DNA of 64,000 bases from Acidimicrobiales bacterium (GCA_035536185.1 DATLOM010000021.1:41731-105730); one strand, 5' to 3'. Counted from the first letter of the stretch, positions 50,373-62,616 are shown. Notes: generated by a model not told the origin, from the sequence alone. Made by a program: numbers and translations.

Positions 50373-50832
50373 CAACGCTGGATCGGACATGGCTCGATCG
50401 TAAGCTTGGGGTGTGACCCTCTGGGCGAGCGGTCGTTTGGGGCTACTGGAAGGGGAGCTGGCCAGGGCCTCTACAGCTCCAACCCTGTTCGCTTGACATC
50501 CGGATCCTGCTTTGCGAGACAGGGGTCGTCGTCAGGGGCCGAGCTGCCTCCGTGGCGGCGGTACGGTCGGCGACTACCGGGTGTTGTACAGGCCGGTGGA
50601 GCAAGGCCTGTGGGTGGAACGCATCGTTGATCGGCGTGACCTCGACCGAGCCGCAGCAACCCCGTGAGGTCCTGCGCCCGTGTGACGGGCGGCCTCGCCA
50701 GTCTCTCTGGTCGTCCGCCGTGCCCGCTACGTACCCGTAGCGACGGAAAATCCGGGTAAATCTCAGTTTCTGGCGGACACCGCCAGGACTGTCCTCACGC
50801 CACTTGACCTGCGGTTATGCCGTTTCCGGGAG

Positions 50833-50906
50833 TGGGGCTAGATGGAGTCGAACCATCGACCTCAGCATTATCAGTGCTGCGCTCTAACCAGCTGAGCTAT
50901 AGCCCC
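50833..50906 (-). tRNA. tRNA-Ile (anticodon GAU)
   Basis: The reverse complement GGGGCTATAGCTCAGCTGGTTAGAGCGCAGCACTGATAATGCTGAGGTCGATGGTTCGACTCCATCTAGCCCCA folds as a cloverleaf. Anticodon stem CAGCA/TGCTG with loop CTGATAA. Confidence 0.9.
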
Positions 50907-50944
50907 GAGGGAGAGCCGAGGCTACACGAGGGCTATCGGCGATC

Positions 50945-51322
50945 TCAGACTGTGGTGCGGCGGGCGGGCTCCTCTTCGAGCACGGCGACCTCGATCCCGC
51001 CGACCACGTCGGAGGTGAGGTTGTAGATCACGGCCATGAGGACGTTGAAGCCCGATCCCATCAGCACCAGGACGAGGCCGCCGATGAGGGTCGAGCGGAA
51101 GATGAGGGCGCCGTTGATCTCGAAGGTCTGGAAGGCGAACAGCTCCTTGATGAAGCGCTCGAAGTTGTCGATGACGCCGGTGGTCGACGCCGCCGCCCAC
51201 AGCAGCAACCCGGCAACCAGCGACACCACCAACAGGCACAGGTAGAACAGCACCGAGAACCGGAGGACCGTCCAGGGGTCGACTCTGCGGAGGATGCGCC
51301 GCACTCGCCGGCCCTGCGCCAC
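50945..51322 (-). CDS. DUF3566-family membrane protein (Rv0007 C-terminal-domain homologue)
   Basis: In-frame GTG 51322 chosen inside track ORF 50945-51631 (VAQGRRVRRILRRVDPWTVLRFSVLFYLCLLVVSLVAGLLLW...). Position between gyrA and tRNA-Ile matches Rv0007. Confidence 0.75.
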   Translation of the reverse strand: MAQGRRVRRILRRVDPWTVLRFSVLFYLCLLVVSLVAGLLLWAAASTTGVIDNFERFIKELFAFQTFEINGALIFRSTLIGGLVLVLMGSGFNVLMAVIYNLTSDVVGGIEVAVLEEEPARRTTV

Positions 51323-51326
51323 TCGT

Positions 51327-51884
51327 TCACGGTAGTCCGTGCGGGCACAGCTCGAAGTGGACCGGGTGGGCCTGCGGGTGCGGGCGGCACAATCCGGCCT
51401 GAGAGGCCATGGGCGCCAGCCGAGCCACCACCCATGGCGCGACGTCGACGGCGAGGCCGGAGAGGTGGTGGGCCCGCCCCGGATCGCCGGCGGCGGGTCT
51501 GACCACGGGGACCGGCCGGCCCAGGATCTGTTCGGCCCTGGCCAGGGCGGCCCGAAGCCCCGGGGCCACGCCCGCGGGCCCGGTGGGCACCGGGGGTCGG
51601 CGCCGGGCCCGCGCCGAAGCACGGGCGCCACCCAGCTCCACCTCGACCCGAACGTCGAGCCCCAGCTCCTCGTATCGGGTCATGCGCGCCCCGTTGGCCT
51701 TCGCCGACACCCGCGCGGCATCACGGCCGGCTGCCGCGCCGGCCAGCGCCGCGGCGTCGGCCGCGGTGACTGCCTGGGCCCGGGCGACAGCGGCGCCACC
51801 GAGGCGGCCCAGCACGAGGCACCCCACGCCTGCTGCCACCACCATCACTGCCACCAGGGGCAGCACCTGTCCGCGCTCTTCCAT
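51327..51884 (-). CDS. TadE-like (Rv3654c-type) secreted/pilin-like protein with C-terminal extension
   Basis: 185 aa. N-terminus GQVLPLVAVMVVAAGVGCLVLGRLGGAAVARAQAVTAADAAALAGAAAG resembles TadE-like pseudopilin proteins. The C-terminal HHLSGLAVDV...HPVHFE weakly recalls LAS/M15 metallopeptidase motifs. Confidence 0.4.
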   Translation of the reverse strand: MEERGQVLPLVAVMVVAAGVGCLVLGRLGGAAVARAQAVTAADAAALAGAAAGRDAARVSAKANGARMTRYEELGLDVRVEVELGGARASARARRRPPVPTGPAGVAPGLRAALARAEQILGRPVPVVRPAAGDPGRAHHLSGLAVDVAPWVVARLAPMASQAGLCRPHPQAHPVHFELCPHGLP

Positions 51885-51943
51885 GACTCCACCTTTCGAT
51901 CAATTACCGCGAAGGGGGGGAAGAGCTGGTGAGAGAGGGCGAC

Positions 51944-54415
51944 TCAGGCGTCGACGTCGGCCGCCGCATCCACGGCGAGGATGGGGGCCACCGACGCCAC
52001 GGCCTGGCCCTCGTCGAGGTTCATCACCCGCACGCCCGTTGCGTCACGCCCCTGGGAGGAGATGTCTCGCACCGGTAGGCGGATGGTGACGCCAGCCGAC
52101 GAGACCAGAACGACGTCGTCGTCGAGCCCGACCATGAAGGCCGCCACGACGTAGCCCCGCCGGGCCGTGAGGCGGATGCCCCTGACGCCCTGCCCGCCGC
52201 GGGTCTGCCGGGAGAACTTGTCCAGCTGGGTGCGCTTCCCGAAGCCGGCATCGGTCACCATGAGGATGGCCACGTCGTCGCGTGCCAGGTCACAGGAGAC
52301 CACCTCGTCGCCAGGGCGCATGCGCATGCCCCGAACACCGGCGGCGCCCCGGCCCATCGGACGCACGTCGTCCTCGGAGAAGCGGATGGTGACGCCGTTG
52401 CGGCTCACCATGAACACGTCGTCCTCGCCGGTGGTCTGGATGACCCGCACCAGCTCGTCGCCGTCGTTGAGGTTGATGGCGATGAAGCCCTCCCGGCGGG
52501 ACTTGTCGTACTCGCTGAACGGCGTCTTCTTCACCGTGCCGTTCTTGGTGGCGAACAGGAGGTAGCGATCGGAGGGGTAGTCCCGCGTGGCCACGACGGC
52601 CTGAATGCGCTCGTCGGGCTCGAGGGGCAACAGATTGGCCAGGTGGGTGCCACGGGCGGTGCGGTCCTTCATGGGGACCTCGTGCGCCTTCAGTCGGTAG
52701 ACCTTGCCGCGGTTCGAGAAGAACAACAGGAATGCGTGGGCCGTGGTGTGGATGACCTGGGTGACCAGGTCCTCGTCCTTGAGCCGTGCCCCCTGGATGC
52801 CACGACCCCCGCGGGCCTGGGTGCGGAAGGCGGTGGCAGCAACCGTCTTCGCGTAGCCGGCCTTCGTCATGGTGACCACCAGATCGACGTCGTCGATGAA
52901 GTCCTCGGCCGACTCGGTGCCGGGGTCGTAGGTGATCTCGGCCCTGCGGGGCGTGGCGAACTGGGTGCGGATCTCGCCCAGCTCGGTCTTGATGACTCCG
53001 CGCAAGCGCTCGGGGTCGGCCAGGATCGCCTCGAGATCGGCGATGATCTCGCGCAGCTTGGCCATCTCTTCCGTCAGCTCGGATCGCCCCAGCCGGGTGA
53101 GGCGGCCGAGGGTCATGTCGAGGATGTGGTTGGCCTGCACCTCGCTGAAGTCGAACGGCGCCGCCATCAGCCCCTCACGGGCCGCTCCCCTGTCGGCGGA
53201 GCCCCGGATCAGGGCGATGACCTGCTCGATCATGTCGAGGGCCTTGAGCAGGCCCTCCACGATGTGGGCCCGGTCCTTGGCCTTCTTCAGGCGGAACTGT
53301 GAGCGCCGGGTGATGACGTCGACCTGATGGTCGACGTAGGCGGAAAGAGCCTGGGCCAGGTTCAGGGTGCGGGGCACGCCGTCGACCAGGGCCACCATGT
53401 TCACGCCGAAGCTGGTCTGCAGCTGGGTGTGCTTGTAGAGGTTGTTGAGCACCACGTTGGCGTTGGCGTCGCGGCGGAGGCCGATCACCAGCTTGGTGTC
53501 CATGCCGGCCGAGAGGTCGTCGAGGCTGCGGATCCCCTCGATCTCCCGGGCGTCGACCAGCTCCTTGATGCGCACCGAGATGGCGGCGACGCTGCCCTGG
53601 TAGGGCAGCTCGCTGACCACGATGGCGGTGCCCGACTTGCCCTCCTGGATCTCGGCCCGCGCCCGCATCTTCACGCTGCCCCGACCCGTGCGGTAGGCGT
53701 CGATGAGCCCGGCCCGGCCCAGGATGTAGCCGCCCGTGGGGAAGTCGGGGCCCTTGACGAAGGCCATGAGGTCGTCGGGGGTGGCCTCTGGGTTGTCGAT
53801 CAGGTGCACGGTGGCGTCGATGATCTCGCCCAGGTTGTGGGGCGGGATGTTGGTGGCCATGCCCACGGCAATGCCCTGGCTGCCGTTCACCAACAGGTTG
53901 GGGAAGCGGGCGGGGAGAACCACCGGCTCTTCGAACTCGTTGGTGTAGTTGGGGGCGAAGTCGACGGTGTCCTCGTCGATGGCGGCCAGCATGTTCATGG
54001 ACAGGGCGCCGAGGCGGCACTCGGTGTAGCGCTCGGCCGCCGGGGGGAAGTCGGGCGATCCGTAGTTCCCGTGGAAGTCGATCAGCGGGTGGCGCAGGCT
54101 GAACGGCTGGGCCATGCGCACCAGGGCGTCGTAGATGGCCGAGGGCCCGTGTGGGTGGAACTTGCCCATGACCTCACCGGTGACGCGCGCGCACTTCATG
54201 TGGGGCCGGTCGGGACGAAGACCCAGGTCGTGCATACCGAACAGGATGCGGCGGTGCACGGGCTTCAGCCCGTCCCGGGCGTCGGGCAGGGCCCTCTGCA
54301 CGATGACGGACATGGCGTAATCCAGGAACGACCGCTCCATCTCCGCCTGGATCTCGATGGGTTCGATGGAGCCCCGGCCGTCGTCGCCGGGGCCTCCGGT
54401 CATGGTGTCGGTCAT
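51944..54415 (-). CDS. gyrA: DNA gyrase subunit A
   Basis: 823 aa. N-terminus [46 protein letters not shown]-type [18 protein letters not shown]-terminal beta-pinwheel repeats. Confidence 0.98.
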   Translation of the reverse strand: MTDTMTGGPGDDGRGSIEPIEIQAEMERSFLDYAMSVIVQRALPDARDGLKPVHRRILFGMHDLGLRPDRPHMKCARVTGEVMGKFHPHGPSAIYDALVRMAQPFSLRHPLIDFHGNYGSPDFPPAAERYTECRLGALSMNMLAAIDEDTVDFAPNYTNEFEEPVVLPARFPNLLVNGSQGIAVGMATNIPPHNLGEIIDATVHLIDNPEATPDDLMAFVKGPDFPTGGYILGRAGLIDAYRTGRGSVKMRARAEIQEGKSGTAIVVSELPYQGSVAAISVRIKELVDAREIEGIRSLDDLSAGMDTKLVIGLRRDANANVVLNNLYKHTQLQTSFGVNMVALVDGVPRTLNLAQALSAYVDHQVDVITRRSQFRLKKAKDRAHIVEGLLKALDMIEQVIALIRGSADRGAAREGLMAAPFDFSEVQANHILDMTLGRLTRLGRSELTEEMAKLREIIADLEAILADPERLRGVIKTELGEIRTQFATPRRAEITYDPGTESAEDFIDDVDLVVTMTKAGYAKTVAATAFRTQARGGRGIQGARLKDEDLVTQVIHTTAHAFLLFFSNRGKVYRLKAHEVPMKDRTARGTHLANLLPLEPDERIQAVVATRDYPSDRYLLFATKNGTVKKTPFSEYDKSRREGFIAINLNDGDELVRVIQTTGEDDVFMVSRNGVTIRFSEDDVRPMGRGAAGVRGMRMRPGDEVVSCDLARDDVAILMVTDAGFGKRTQLDKFSRQTRGGQGVRGIRLTARRGYVVAAFMVGLDDDVVLVSSAGVTIRLPVRDISSQGRDATGVRVMNLDEGQAVASVAPILAVDAAADVDA

Positions 54416-54424
54416 TTGGCCATC

Positions 54425-56392
<1,968 letters not shown>

Positions 56393-56460
56393 TCAGACTC
56401 AGTTGGATTGAGGCGATTCGGACGGAAAAGTGCTGCTCAACGGCCCGAATTGCGATTGAG

Positions 56461-56844
56461 TCAGTCTACCACCGGGGTGTGACTCGGACGCTGATCCCGG
56501 GGCCTGACGCGCACTTCGATCCGTTCGGCCATACCGGGGCCGGCGACGTCGTTCACCCGCTGCACGAGCTGGCTGGAAAGGGCCCTCAGCGAGGTGGCCC
56601 ATCCCGGCCCGTCGACGGCCACGACCAGGGCCCCTCGGGTGACCGAAAGGGGCCAGCTGTGGGATGCCGCCACCGGCCCGGCGATCTCTTCCCACCTGTT
56701 GAACAACGTCGCCAGCGCGGCCGCGCCAGGCACGCCCATCGACCGGGTGATGCCGTCGAGGGACTCGCTCAGGCGTCGAGGGGCCCGCTCCTCCTCGGGC
56801 AGCGGCCGCCACCCCGACCGGCGCGGCCCAGAACGGCGGCTCAC
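56461..56844 (-). CDS. DUF721 protein (Rv0004/DciA-like)
   Basis: 127 aa. LSESLDGITRSMGVPGAAALATLFNRWEEIAGPVAASHSWPLSVTRGALVVAVDGPGWATSL is the DUF721 pattern. Sits between recF and gyrB as in other Actinobacteria. Confidence 0.8.
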   Translation of the reverse strand: MSRRSGPRRSGWRPLPEEERAPRRLSESLDGITRSMGVPGAAALATLFNRWEEIAGPVAASHSWPLSVTRGALVVAVDGPGWATSLRALSSQLVQRVNDVAGPGMAERIEVRVRPRDQRPSHTPVVD

Positions 56845-57914
56845 AGGATCCGGCCGTCGTGAACGCGCACCCGAAGCTCGGGCTCCACTCCGGGGGGCAG
56901 GTCTCCGGTGGTGGTCAGCAAGGCCTGGCCGGCGGGAAGGTGGGCGACGAGAGCCCGCGCCCTGTCCTCGTCGAGCTCGGAGAACACGTCGTCGAGCAAC
57001 AGGACCGGTGGTGATCCTCCCGCAGCCTCCCGGACACCATGGCTGGCCAGGCGCAGGGCCAGGGCCAACGACCGCTGCTCCCCCTGGGAAGCATGGGTAC
57101 GGGCCGGCAGGTTCTCGAGTTGCAGGTCAAGCTCGTCGCGCTGTGGCCCGATGGTGTTGGCTCCCCGGCGCAGGTCCTGCTGGCGGGCATCGGCCAGGGC
57201 GTCGGCCAGGGGCCCCTCCCATGAACGCACATAGCGGGCCGAGGTCACCGCCGCGGTGCCGGCCACCTGGTCGTAGGCCTTGGCCACCTCGGGTTCGAGC
57301 CTTGTCACCAGTTCGGCCCGGGCGTCGGCCAGTGCGCCCCCGGCGGAGGCCAGCTTGGCATCCCACACGTCCAGCGTGCTCTCGATCTCCGGGCTCAGCC
57401 GGCCGCCAGCCTGCTTGAGCAGGGCCGCCCGCTGGCGCAGCACCCGGTCCACCTCCGAGCAGAGCCCGTCGTTGCGGGGGTGGAGCGAGACGAGCGTGTC
57501 GTCCAGGTAGCGGCGGCGCTCGCCCGGGCCTCCTTTCACGAGACTCAGGTCGTCGGGGGAGAACACGGTGACCTGTATGGCCCCGAGCAGGTCCCGCACC
57601 CGCCGCAGCGGTTGGCGGTTCACCTGCACTCGGTCGTGGCCCACTACCCGGATCTCGGTCTCGAGGAGCAGCGGCCGCCCCCCTCGTGACGCCTCGGCCC
57701 TGACCGTGGCCGCCGGAGCACCCCGGCGCACTAGTGCCTCGCGGGGGGCTGCCCGGAAGGACCCGAGGCTGGCGAGATACCCGATGGCCTCCAGCAGGCT
57801 CGTCTTCCCGCTGCCGTTGTCGCCTTCGATCACCGTGAGCCCGCCTGGTGCGATCTGCAGATCCGCCTGCTCGTAGTTCCGGAAATCGCTGAGCCAGAGG
57901 CGGTGGAGCTCCAC
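56841..57914 (-). CDS. recF: DNA replication/repair protein RecF
   Basis: In-frame GTG 57914 (VELHRLWLSDFRNYEQ...) lies 7 nt after the dnaN stop; the track ORF extends into dnaN. Walker A GDNGSGKTSLLEAI, signature SQGEQRSLALALRLA, Walker B LLLDDVFSELD. Confidence 0.93.
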   Translation of the reverse strand: MELHRLWLSDFRNYEQADLQIAPGGLTVIEGDNGSGKTSLLEAIGYLASLGSFRAAPREALVRRGAPAATVRAEASRGGRPLLLETEIRVVGHDRVQVNRQPLRRVRDLLGAIQVTVFSPDDLSLVKGGPGERRRYLDDTLVSLHPRNDGLCSEVDRVLRQRAALLKQAGGRLSPEIESTLDVWDAKLASAGGALADARAELVTRLEPEVAKAYDQVAGTAAVTSARYVRSWEGPLADALADARQQDLRRGANTIGPQRDELDLQLENLPARTHASQGEQRSLALALRLASHGVREAAGGSPPVLLLDDVFSELDEDRARALVAHLPAGQALLTTTGDLPPGVEPELRVRVHDGRIL

Positions 57915-57921
57915 GAGGGGC

Positions 57922-59034
57922 TTACGACACCCGCACCGGCATGAGCAGGTAGAGGTAGTCGTCGCTGTCGGTCCCACGGATGACTGCGGGCCGCAACGCA
58001 TCCTGGGTGTCGAGGATGATCTCGTCGCCGGCGATGGCCTCGGCACCGTCGATGAGGTACCCGGGGTTGAAGGCCACGCTCATCTCGGCCCCCTCGTAGC
58101 GGGCGTCGACCTCCTCGTTGGCCTGCCCCACCTCCGCGCTCACCACCGTGAGCCCGACGGTGTCGGGGCCCAGCGCCATGCGCACCGGTGTGGTGGCGTC
58201 CCGCACCAGCAGCTTCACCCGGCGCACGGCCTCCAGCAGCTGGGCCTTGCCCACCACCAGGCGGTTCGGGTACGTGGACGGGATCAGCTGGCGGTAGTTC
58301 GGGAACTCGCCCTCGATCAGCCTCGTGGTCACCCTCACGTCACCGACCTCGAAGTTGGCATCGTGCTCGCCGAGGCGGAGCGTGACCTTCTCGGCTCCGG
58401 AAAGGACACGCTGCAGCTCCGACAGGGCTTTCGAGGGAACCAGCACCTTCTGGCCCTCCCGGAGCACGCTCGTGCCCGGCAGATCTCGCACGGCAAGGCG
58501 GTACGAGTCGGTGGCCACCAGCCGCAGGCCCTTCTCCTCGGCCGCCATCAGGACGCCGGTGAGGATCGGCCGGGCGTCGTCGGACGAAGCGGCCCGGACC
58601 ACCTGGCGCAGGGCGTCGGCCAGCTCGCCGGCGTCGAGAGTCACCGCGTCACCGAGCCCGGTGTCCCCGCTGGCGGCAGGGACCCTGGGAAAGTCGGCGG
58701 CGGGCAGCATCCGCACGCTGAACTGAGAACGGCCCGAGGTGATCGAGACGTCGTCGTCGCCGGCTTCCACGTTGACTCCACCCGGCGGGAGCGAGCGGAC
58801 GATGTCGGTGACGAGGCGGGCGGGGACCACCGAGATCCCGTCGCCCGAGCCCGCCACAGCCATGGTGACCTGGATCGTGAGGTCCAGGTCGGACCCGGCG
58901 ACGTGTAGCTGCTCGCCGTTGACCTCCAGGCGCACGCCCGACAGCACAGGAAGAGCTCCACCCCTGCTGGTGACGGCACGGCCGGCAACGCTGAGGGCTT
59001 CGACGAGGGAATCGCGTTCGCTTCGGAATCTCAT
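57922..59034 (-). CDS. dnaN: DNA polymerase III beta sliding clamp
   Basis: 370 aa. MRFRSERDSLVEALSVAGRAV..., three-domain clamp length and pattern. Position after dnaA. Confidence 0.96.
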   Translation of the reverse strand: MRFRSERDSLVEALSVAGRAVTSRGGALPVLSGVRLEVNGEQLHVAGSDLDLTIQVTMAVAGSGDGISVVPARLVTDIVRSLPPGGVNVEAGDDDVSITSGRSQFSVRMLPAADFPRVPAASGDTGLGDAVTLDAGELADALRQVVRAASSDDARPILTGVLMAAEEKGLRLVATDSYRLAVRDLPGTSVLREGQKVLVPSKALSELQRVLSGAEKVTLRLGEHDANFEVGDVRVTTRLIEGEFPNYRQLIPSTYPNRLVVGKAQLLEAVRRVKLLVRDATTPVRMALGPDTVGLTVVSAEVGQANEEVDARYEGAEMSVAFNPGYLIDGAEAIAGDEIILDTQDALRPAVIRGTDSDDYLYLLMPVRVS

Positions 59035-59241
59035 GGTTCTCTTTGGTTTGTAGGTTGAGAAAAAAGGAGGAAGTGTTTGTAAAGGCTGTGGATTGGGGAG
59101 AACTCAAGGTTCTTCCAGGTCACGGCATCCGCCGCCGTCCCGCCGCCGTCCCCATCGTTCCACAGGGTTGTGACGCTTTGGTCGCCACCCGGTGGACGGC
59201 GCGAGCGTTGTCCCCGCAAATGACAAAGCGCCGGCACAACC
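59035..59241. promoter_or_regulatory. dnaA-dnaN intergenic region: candidate oriC core with AT-rich element and DnaA-box-like sites
   Basis: An AT-rich stretch unusual for this genome sits at 59054-59085 (GTTGAGAAAAAAGGAGGAAGTGTTTGTAAAGG). DnaA-box-like 9-mers: TGTGGATTG (59087-59095), CGTTCCACA (59156-59164), GGTGGACGG (59191-59199), TTGTCCCCG (59208-59216). In Actinobacteria oriC typically lies between dnaA and dnaN. Confidence 0.6.
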
Positions 59242-60639
59242 TCATCCCCCGCTGCTGATGCGGGCCATGAGCTCGTTCACCTGATCGTAGATCTGGCGCT
59301 TCTCCTTCATCAGGGTCGAGATCTTCTCGACGGCGTGGATGACCGTGGTGTGGTCGCGACCGCCGAACTCACGGGCGATGGCAGGGTAGCTGTAGTCGGT
59401 GACGTGCCGGAACACGTACATGCTGATCTGGCGAGCTGTCACCAGCGGGCGCCGCCGGCTGGTGCCACAGAGGTCCTCGACGGCGAACCCGAACAAGCTG
59501 GCGGTTGCGTCGAGGATGACCTTCGGGGTGATCGGGCGAGGCTGGTTGGTGCCGAACAGGTCGAACAACACCTCTTCGGCCAGCTCGACGGTCAGGTGCT
59601 GGCCGTAGACGCTGGCATGGGCCAGGACCTGGGTGAGCGCCCCCTCGAGCTGGCGGATGTTGTCCTTGACGTTGGTGGCGATGTACTCGAGCACGTCGCT
59701 GTACCTGCTGGCCGCTTCCTCGCCCGCCTTGCTGCGGAGGATGGCCAGGCGGGTTTCCAGGTCTGGAGGCTGGACGGTGGCCGTGAGGCCCGACATGAAG
59801 CGACTGCGGAGCCGGTCGTCGAGGGTCGTGAACGAGTTGGGTGGACGGTCGGAGGTGATGACGATCTGACGGCTGGTCTGGTGCAGCTCGTTGAAGGTGT
59901 GGAAGAACTCCTCCTGGAGCCCCTCCTTTCCTTCCATGAACTGCACGTCGTCGACCAGGAGCAGGTGACATTCGCGGTAGCGCCTCTTGAACGCCGGCGT
60001 GGTGTTGGTGCGGATGGCGTCGACGAACTCGTTGAGGAACGTCTCGCTGGGCACGTAGCGCACCACACGGCCCCGGAAGTTGTCCCGGACGTAGTTGCCA
60101 ATGGCGTGCAGCAGGTGTGTCTTTCCCAGGCCCACCCCGCCGTGGATGTACAGCGGGTTGTAGGACTTCCCCGGGGTCTCGGCCACCGCGAGGGCCGCGG
60201 CATGGGCGAAGCGGTTGGAAGGCCCGGTGACGAAGGCATCGAAGGTGTAGTCGCCCTCCACCGCCGCCTGGTCCGCGGCCCCGGACGATCCGTCGTCCCA
60301 GCGGCGCTTGCCCGTCTCTGGCGCCGTCGGCTTCGATTCAGGCCTGGCGGCAACGGCCGGAGCATGAAGGTGTTGTTGTTCATGGCCGGCATCGGTGTCG
60401 ACGACGATGCGGATGACCAGCTTCTTGCCGGTGGCATCGGCGAGGACGTCACCCACGAGCGTCAGGTAGCGGCTCTCGAGCCTCTCCTTGACGAGCGAGC
60501 TCGGGACGCTCAGAACGACCTGCTCGTCGTCGGCCCACGATGCGCGGATCCCCTCGAACCACGTCTTCCAGGTGGCTTCGTTGACCTGGTCGCGGAGGGC
60601 CTCGGCGCACAGCATCCACAGCCGCTCCGCGTTCTCCAC
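59242..60639 (-). CDS. dnaA: Chromosomal replication initiator DnaA
   Basis: Walker [16 protein letters not shown], box VII and C-terminal HTH ([15 protein letters not shown]). The track ORF runs to 60711, but 60668-60700 holds three DnaA boxes. GTG 60639 (VENAERLW...) is preceded by GGGGGAGG, giving 465 aa. Confidence 0.95.
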   Translation of the reverse strand: MENAERLWMLCAEALRDQVNEATWKTWFEGIRASWADDEQVVLSVPSSLVKERLESRYLTLVGDVLADATGKKLVIRIVVDTDAGHEQQHLHAPAVAARPESKPTAPETGKRRWDDGSSGAADQAAVEGDYTFDAFVTGPSNRFAHAAALAVAETPGKSYNPLYIHGGVGLGKTHLLHAIGNYVRDNFRGRVVRYVPSETFLNEFVDAIRTNTTPAFKRRYRECHLLLVDDVQFMEGKEGLQEEFFHTFNELHQTSRQIVITSDRPPNSFTTLDDRLRSRFMSGLTATVQPPDLETRLAILRSKAGEEAASRYSDVLEYIATNVKDNIRQLEGALTQVLAHASVYGQHLTVELAEEVLFDLFGTNQPRPITPKVILDATASLFGFAVEDLCGTSRRRPLVTARQISMYVFRHVTDYSYPAIAREFGGRDHTTVIHAVEKISTLMKEKRQIYDQVNELMARISSGG

Positions 60640-60667
60640 CGGTGCCGTTGCCTCCCCCACTCTCCCA

Positions 60668-60700
60668 CTTTCCACAATGAGGTCCACAACCTGTGGACGA
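60668..60700. promoter_or_regulatory. Cluster of three DnaA boxes upstream of dnaA
   Basis: CTTTCCACA (60668-60676), AGGTCCACA (60680-60688), and TGTGGACGA (60692-60700), whose reverse complement TCGTCCACA matches TTGTCCACA at 8/9. Confidence 0.7.
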
Positions 60701-60984
60701 CGAGAGCCCAAAGGGCCTCCCGCCTGTTCTGGTGTGTTGTCACGCTGGCGATCGGGGAAGCGATACCACTAGCGGAGTATGCCGATTTCTACGTTGGCTC
60801 CCGTTGGGGCGAAGGTAGCACCGGCTTCGTCCGGCCTGCGAGGCCCAGAGGAGAATTGTCCGATGACCAGCAGGAACGGGTGGGGACGTGGGCCGGTTGC
60901 CGCTCGAAGTCCCCGAGACCTACCCTGGAGAGGCCCCGGGGTCCACGAGGGCCGCACCCGCCCCACCCGTGCCAGGAGTTGCCC

Positions 60985-61119
60985 GTGAAGCGAACCTTTC
61001 AGCCAAACACCCGTAAGCGGGCCAAGAACCATGGCTTCCGCCACCGCATGTCGACTCGCGCCGGCCGGGCGATCATCAAGGCCAGGCGCCAGAAGGGCCG
61101 GCACCGGCTGTCCGCTTGA
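60985..61119 (+). CDS. rpmH: 50S ribosomal protein L34
   Basis: GTG 60985. The product [44 protein letters not shown] (44 aa) is canonical L34. It is hidden in the tail of spurious track ORF 59335-61119. Confidence 0.95.
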   Translation: MKRTFQPNTRKRAKNHGFRHRMSTRAGRAIIKARRQKGRHRLSA

Positions 61120-61448
61120 CCGAGCCGGTGCGAGGCAAAGCTGCCTTCGCCGCCCTCCGCCGGTCCCGCCGACGAGTACGGAAGGGCCCGCTCACGCTAA
61201 CGTTCGTTCCCGGCGCCCCCGACGACCCTGCCCGCGTGGCCTACGCCATCGGCCGGACCGTGGGTGGAGCCGTTGTCCGCAACCAGCTCCGTCGCCGGCT
61301 GCGGGTCATCGTGTCTGAGCTCGGTCCGCTGCTCCAGCCGGGTGCGTACCTCATAGGGGCTGCTCCGGGAGCAGCGTCAATGTCTTTTGGAGAACTGAGA
61401 ACCGCTGTGGCCGAAGCCCTCGAAGATCTGGTCGGAACCCCATCATGA
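61116..61448 (+). CDS. rnpA: Ribonuclease P protein component
   Basis: 110 aa, basic. [24 protein letters not shown] is the RnpA RNR-type motif. Overlaps the rpmH stop. Confidence 0.88.
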   Translation: MTEPVRGKAAFAALRRSRRRVRKGPLTLTFVPGAPDDPARVAYAIGRTVGGAVVRNQLRRRLRVIVSELGPLLQPGAYLIGAAPGAASMSFGELRTAVAEALEDLVGTPS

Positions 61449-61672
61449 GCCGAACCTGTCGGGCCCTGTGTGCGGCCATCCGCCTCTACCAGGCGGCACG
61501 CCAGGGTCGTATCTCCCCCTGCCGCTACCTGCCCTCGTGCTCGGCCTACGGCCTCGAGGCGTTGCAGCTCCACGGCACCCGACGAGGGACCTGGATGGCG
61601 GTGCGCCGGATCGGGCGCTGCCATCCCTGGGGCGGCTTCGGTGCCGACCCCGTACCGGAACGGGCCACCTGA
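61445..61672 (+). CDS. yidD: Membrane protein insertion efficiency factor YidD
   Basis: 75 aa. [19 protein letters not shown]...[17 protein letters not shown]. Confidence 0.9.
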   Translation: MSRTCRALCAAIRLYQAARQGRISPCRYLPSCSAYGLEALQLHGTRRGTWMAVRRIGRCHPWGGFGADPVPERAT

Positions 61673-62616
61673 TGTTCCAGTTCCTGGCAGCAGTCCTCGC
61701 CTTCTTCTACGGGATCATCCCGAACTACGCCGTTGCCATCGCCCTGCTCACCGTCGCCGTGATGCTGGTGCTGTCGCCGCTCACCCTGAAGGGCACCCGG
61801 GGCATGCTCGCCATGCAAAAGATGCAGCCGGAGATGAAGCGGCTTCAGCAGGAGCACAAGGGCGATCGCCAGAAACTGGGCGAGGAGATGACCAAGCTCT
61901 ACAAGGAGCACAAGGTCAACCCCGCTGCCGGCTGCCTGCCGATGCTCCTGCAGCTCCCGGTGTTCATCGTCATGTACCAGGTCATCAGTGGTCTCACCAA
62001 GACCACGAACAACGTGCCGGACCCCAAGTACCTCGAGAAGGGCACCGAGCTCTACCAGGCCCTACGCGAGTCCGGCGGAGAGATGACGTCGTTCGGTGTA
62101 GATCTGGCCAAGGCGGCCAGCGAGGGCCACGGCTCCTTCGGAGCGGCCATCCCCTTCTTCGTCATCGTCGCCCTGGTGGTGCTGACGCAGTACTACCAGA
62201 CCCGCCAGACCATGGCCCGCAACACCCAGAACACCAATCCCCAGGCCCAGCTCATCATGAAGGTGATGCCAGGGTTCTTCGGTCTCATCTCGTTGTCGAT
62301 CCCCGCCGGCGTGAACGTCTACTTCCTGGTGTCGGCCATGTTCCGCATCGCCCAGACGGGCGCCATGTACCGCTTCGACCCCACCTTGAAGGCTCATACC
62401 GAGCGTCACGTGAAGGAGATCGAGGCGAAGGCCACCGAGGTCAAGCGGCCCAAGGCCAGCGAGAAGCCCAAGCAGATCGCGCCCAAGCCCAAGCCCAAGC
62501 CCAAGGCGGCGCCGGCCAACGGCAGGGTCACCAGCCCCAAGGGCTCGCCGACCCCGAACCGCAACGCCAACAGGAGCAAGCAGCGGTCCAAGCGTCGAGC
62601 GAAGAAGGGTCGCTGA
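61672..62616 (+). CDS. yidC: Membrane insertase YidC
   Basis: ATG 61672 ([41 protein letters not shown]) within track ORF 61468-62616. Motifs MQPEMKRLQQEHKGDRQKL, NPAAGCLPMLLQLPVF. Lys/Pro-rich C-terminal tail. Confidence 0.93.
   Translation: MFQFLAAVLAFFYGIIPNYAVAIALLTVAVMLVLSPLTLKGTRGMLAMQKMQPEMKRLQQEHKGDRQKLGEEMTKLYKEHKVNPAAGCLPMLLQLPVFIVMYQVISGLTKTTNNVPDPKYLEKGTELYQALRESGGEMTSFGVDLAKAASEGHGSFGAAIPFFVIVALVVLTQYYQTRQTMARNTQNTNPQAQLIMKVMPGFFGLISLSIPAGVNVYFLVSAMFRIAQTGAMYRFDPTLKAHTERHVKEIEAKATEVKRPKASEKPKQIAPKPKPKPKAAPANGRVTSPKGSPTPNRNANRSKQRSKRRAKKGR

Larger units (their letters stand above)
35188..50832. other. Roughly 15.6 kb composite accessory region between tRNA-Ala and tRNA-Ile
   Basis: The two tRNAs are adjacent in M. 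tuberculosis. Here they are separated by low-G+C modules (35.2-39.8 kb and 47.1-50.4 kb) and a polysaccharide operon. No integrase or att duplication was found by eye. Confidence 0.5.

Noticed and set aside
49668-50390. 240 aa minus-strand ORF covering the vsr / WYL-like region.
   Set aside because: It overlaps the well-supported vsr gene almost entirely and has no motifs. The plus-strand pair (vsr, then a 98 aa WYL-like gene 3 nt later) explains the region better.
59043-59258. 71 aa plus-strand ORF in the dnaA-dnaN spacer. An internal in-frame GTG at 59073 is preceded by a near-perfect Shine-Dalgarno (AAGGAGG).
   Set aside because: It lies in the expected oriC, its product is a basic low-complexity string, and the AAGGAGG is part of the AT/purine-rich unwinding-type element. 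No family resemblance was seen.
62440-62600. Short tandem cccaag repeats that look like a DNA repeat array. The same applies to the Pro/Thr/Ala-rich repeats at 42560-42900.
   Set aside because: Both are in-frame low-complexity coding tails: the PKPKPK tail of YidC and the Pro-rich tail of the deacetylase. They are not CRISPR or intergenic repeats, and no CRISPR array exists in the window.
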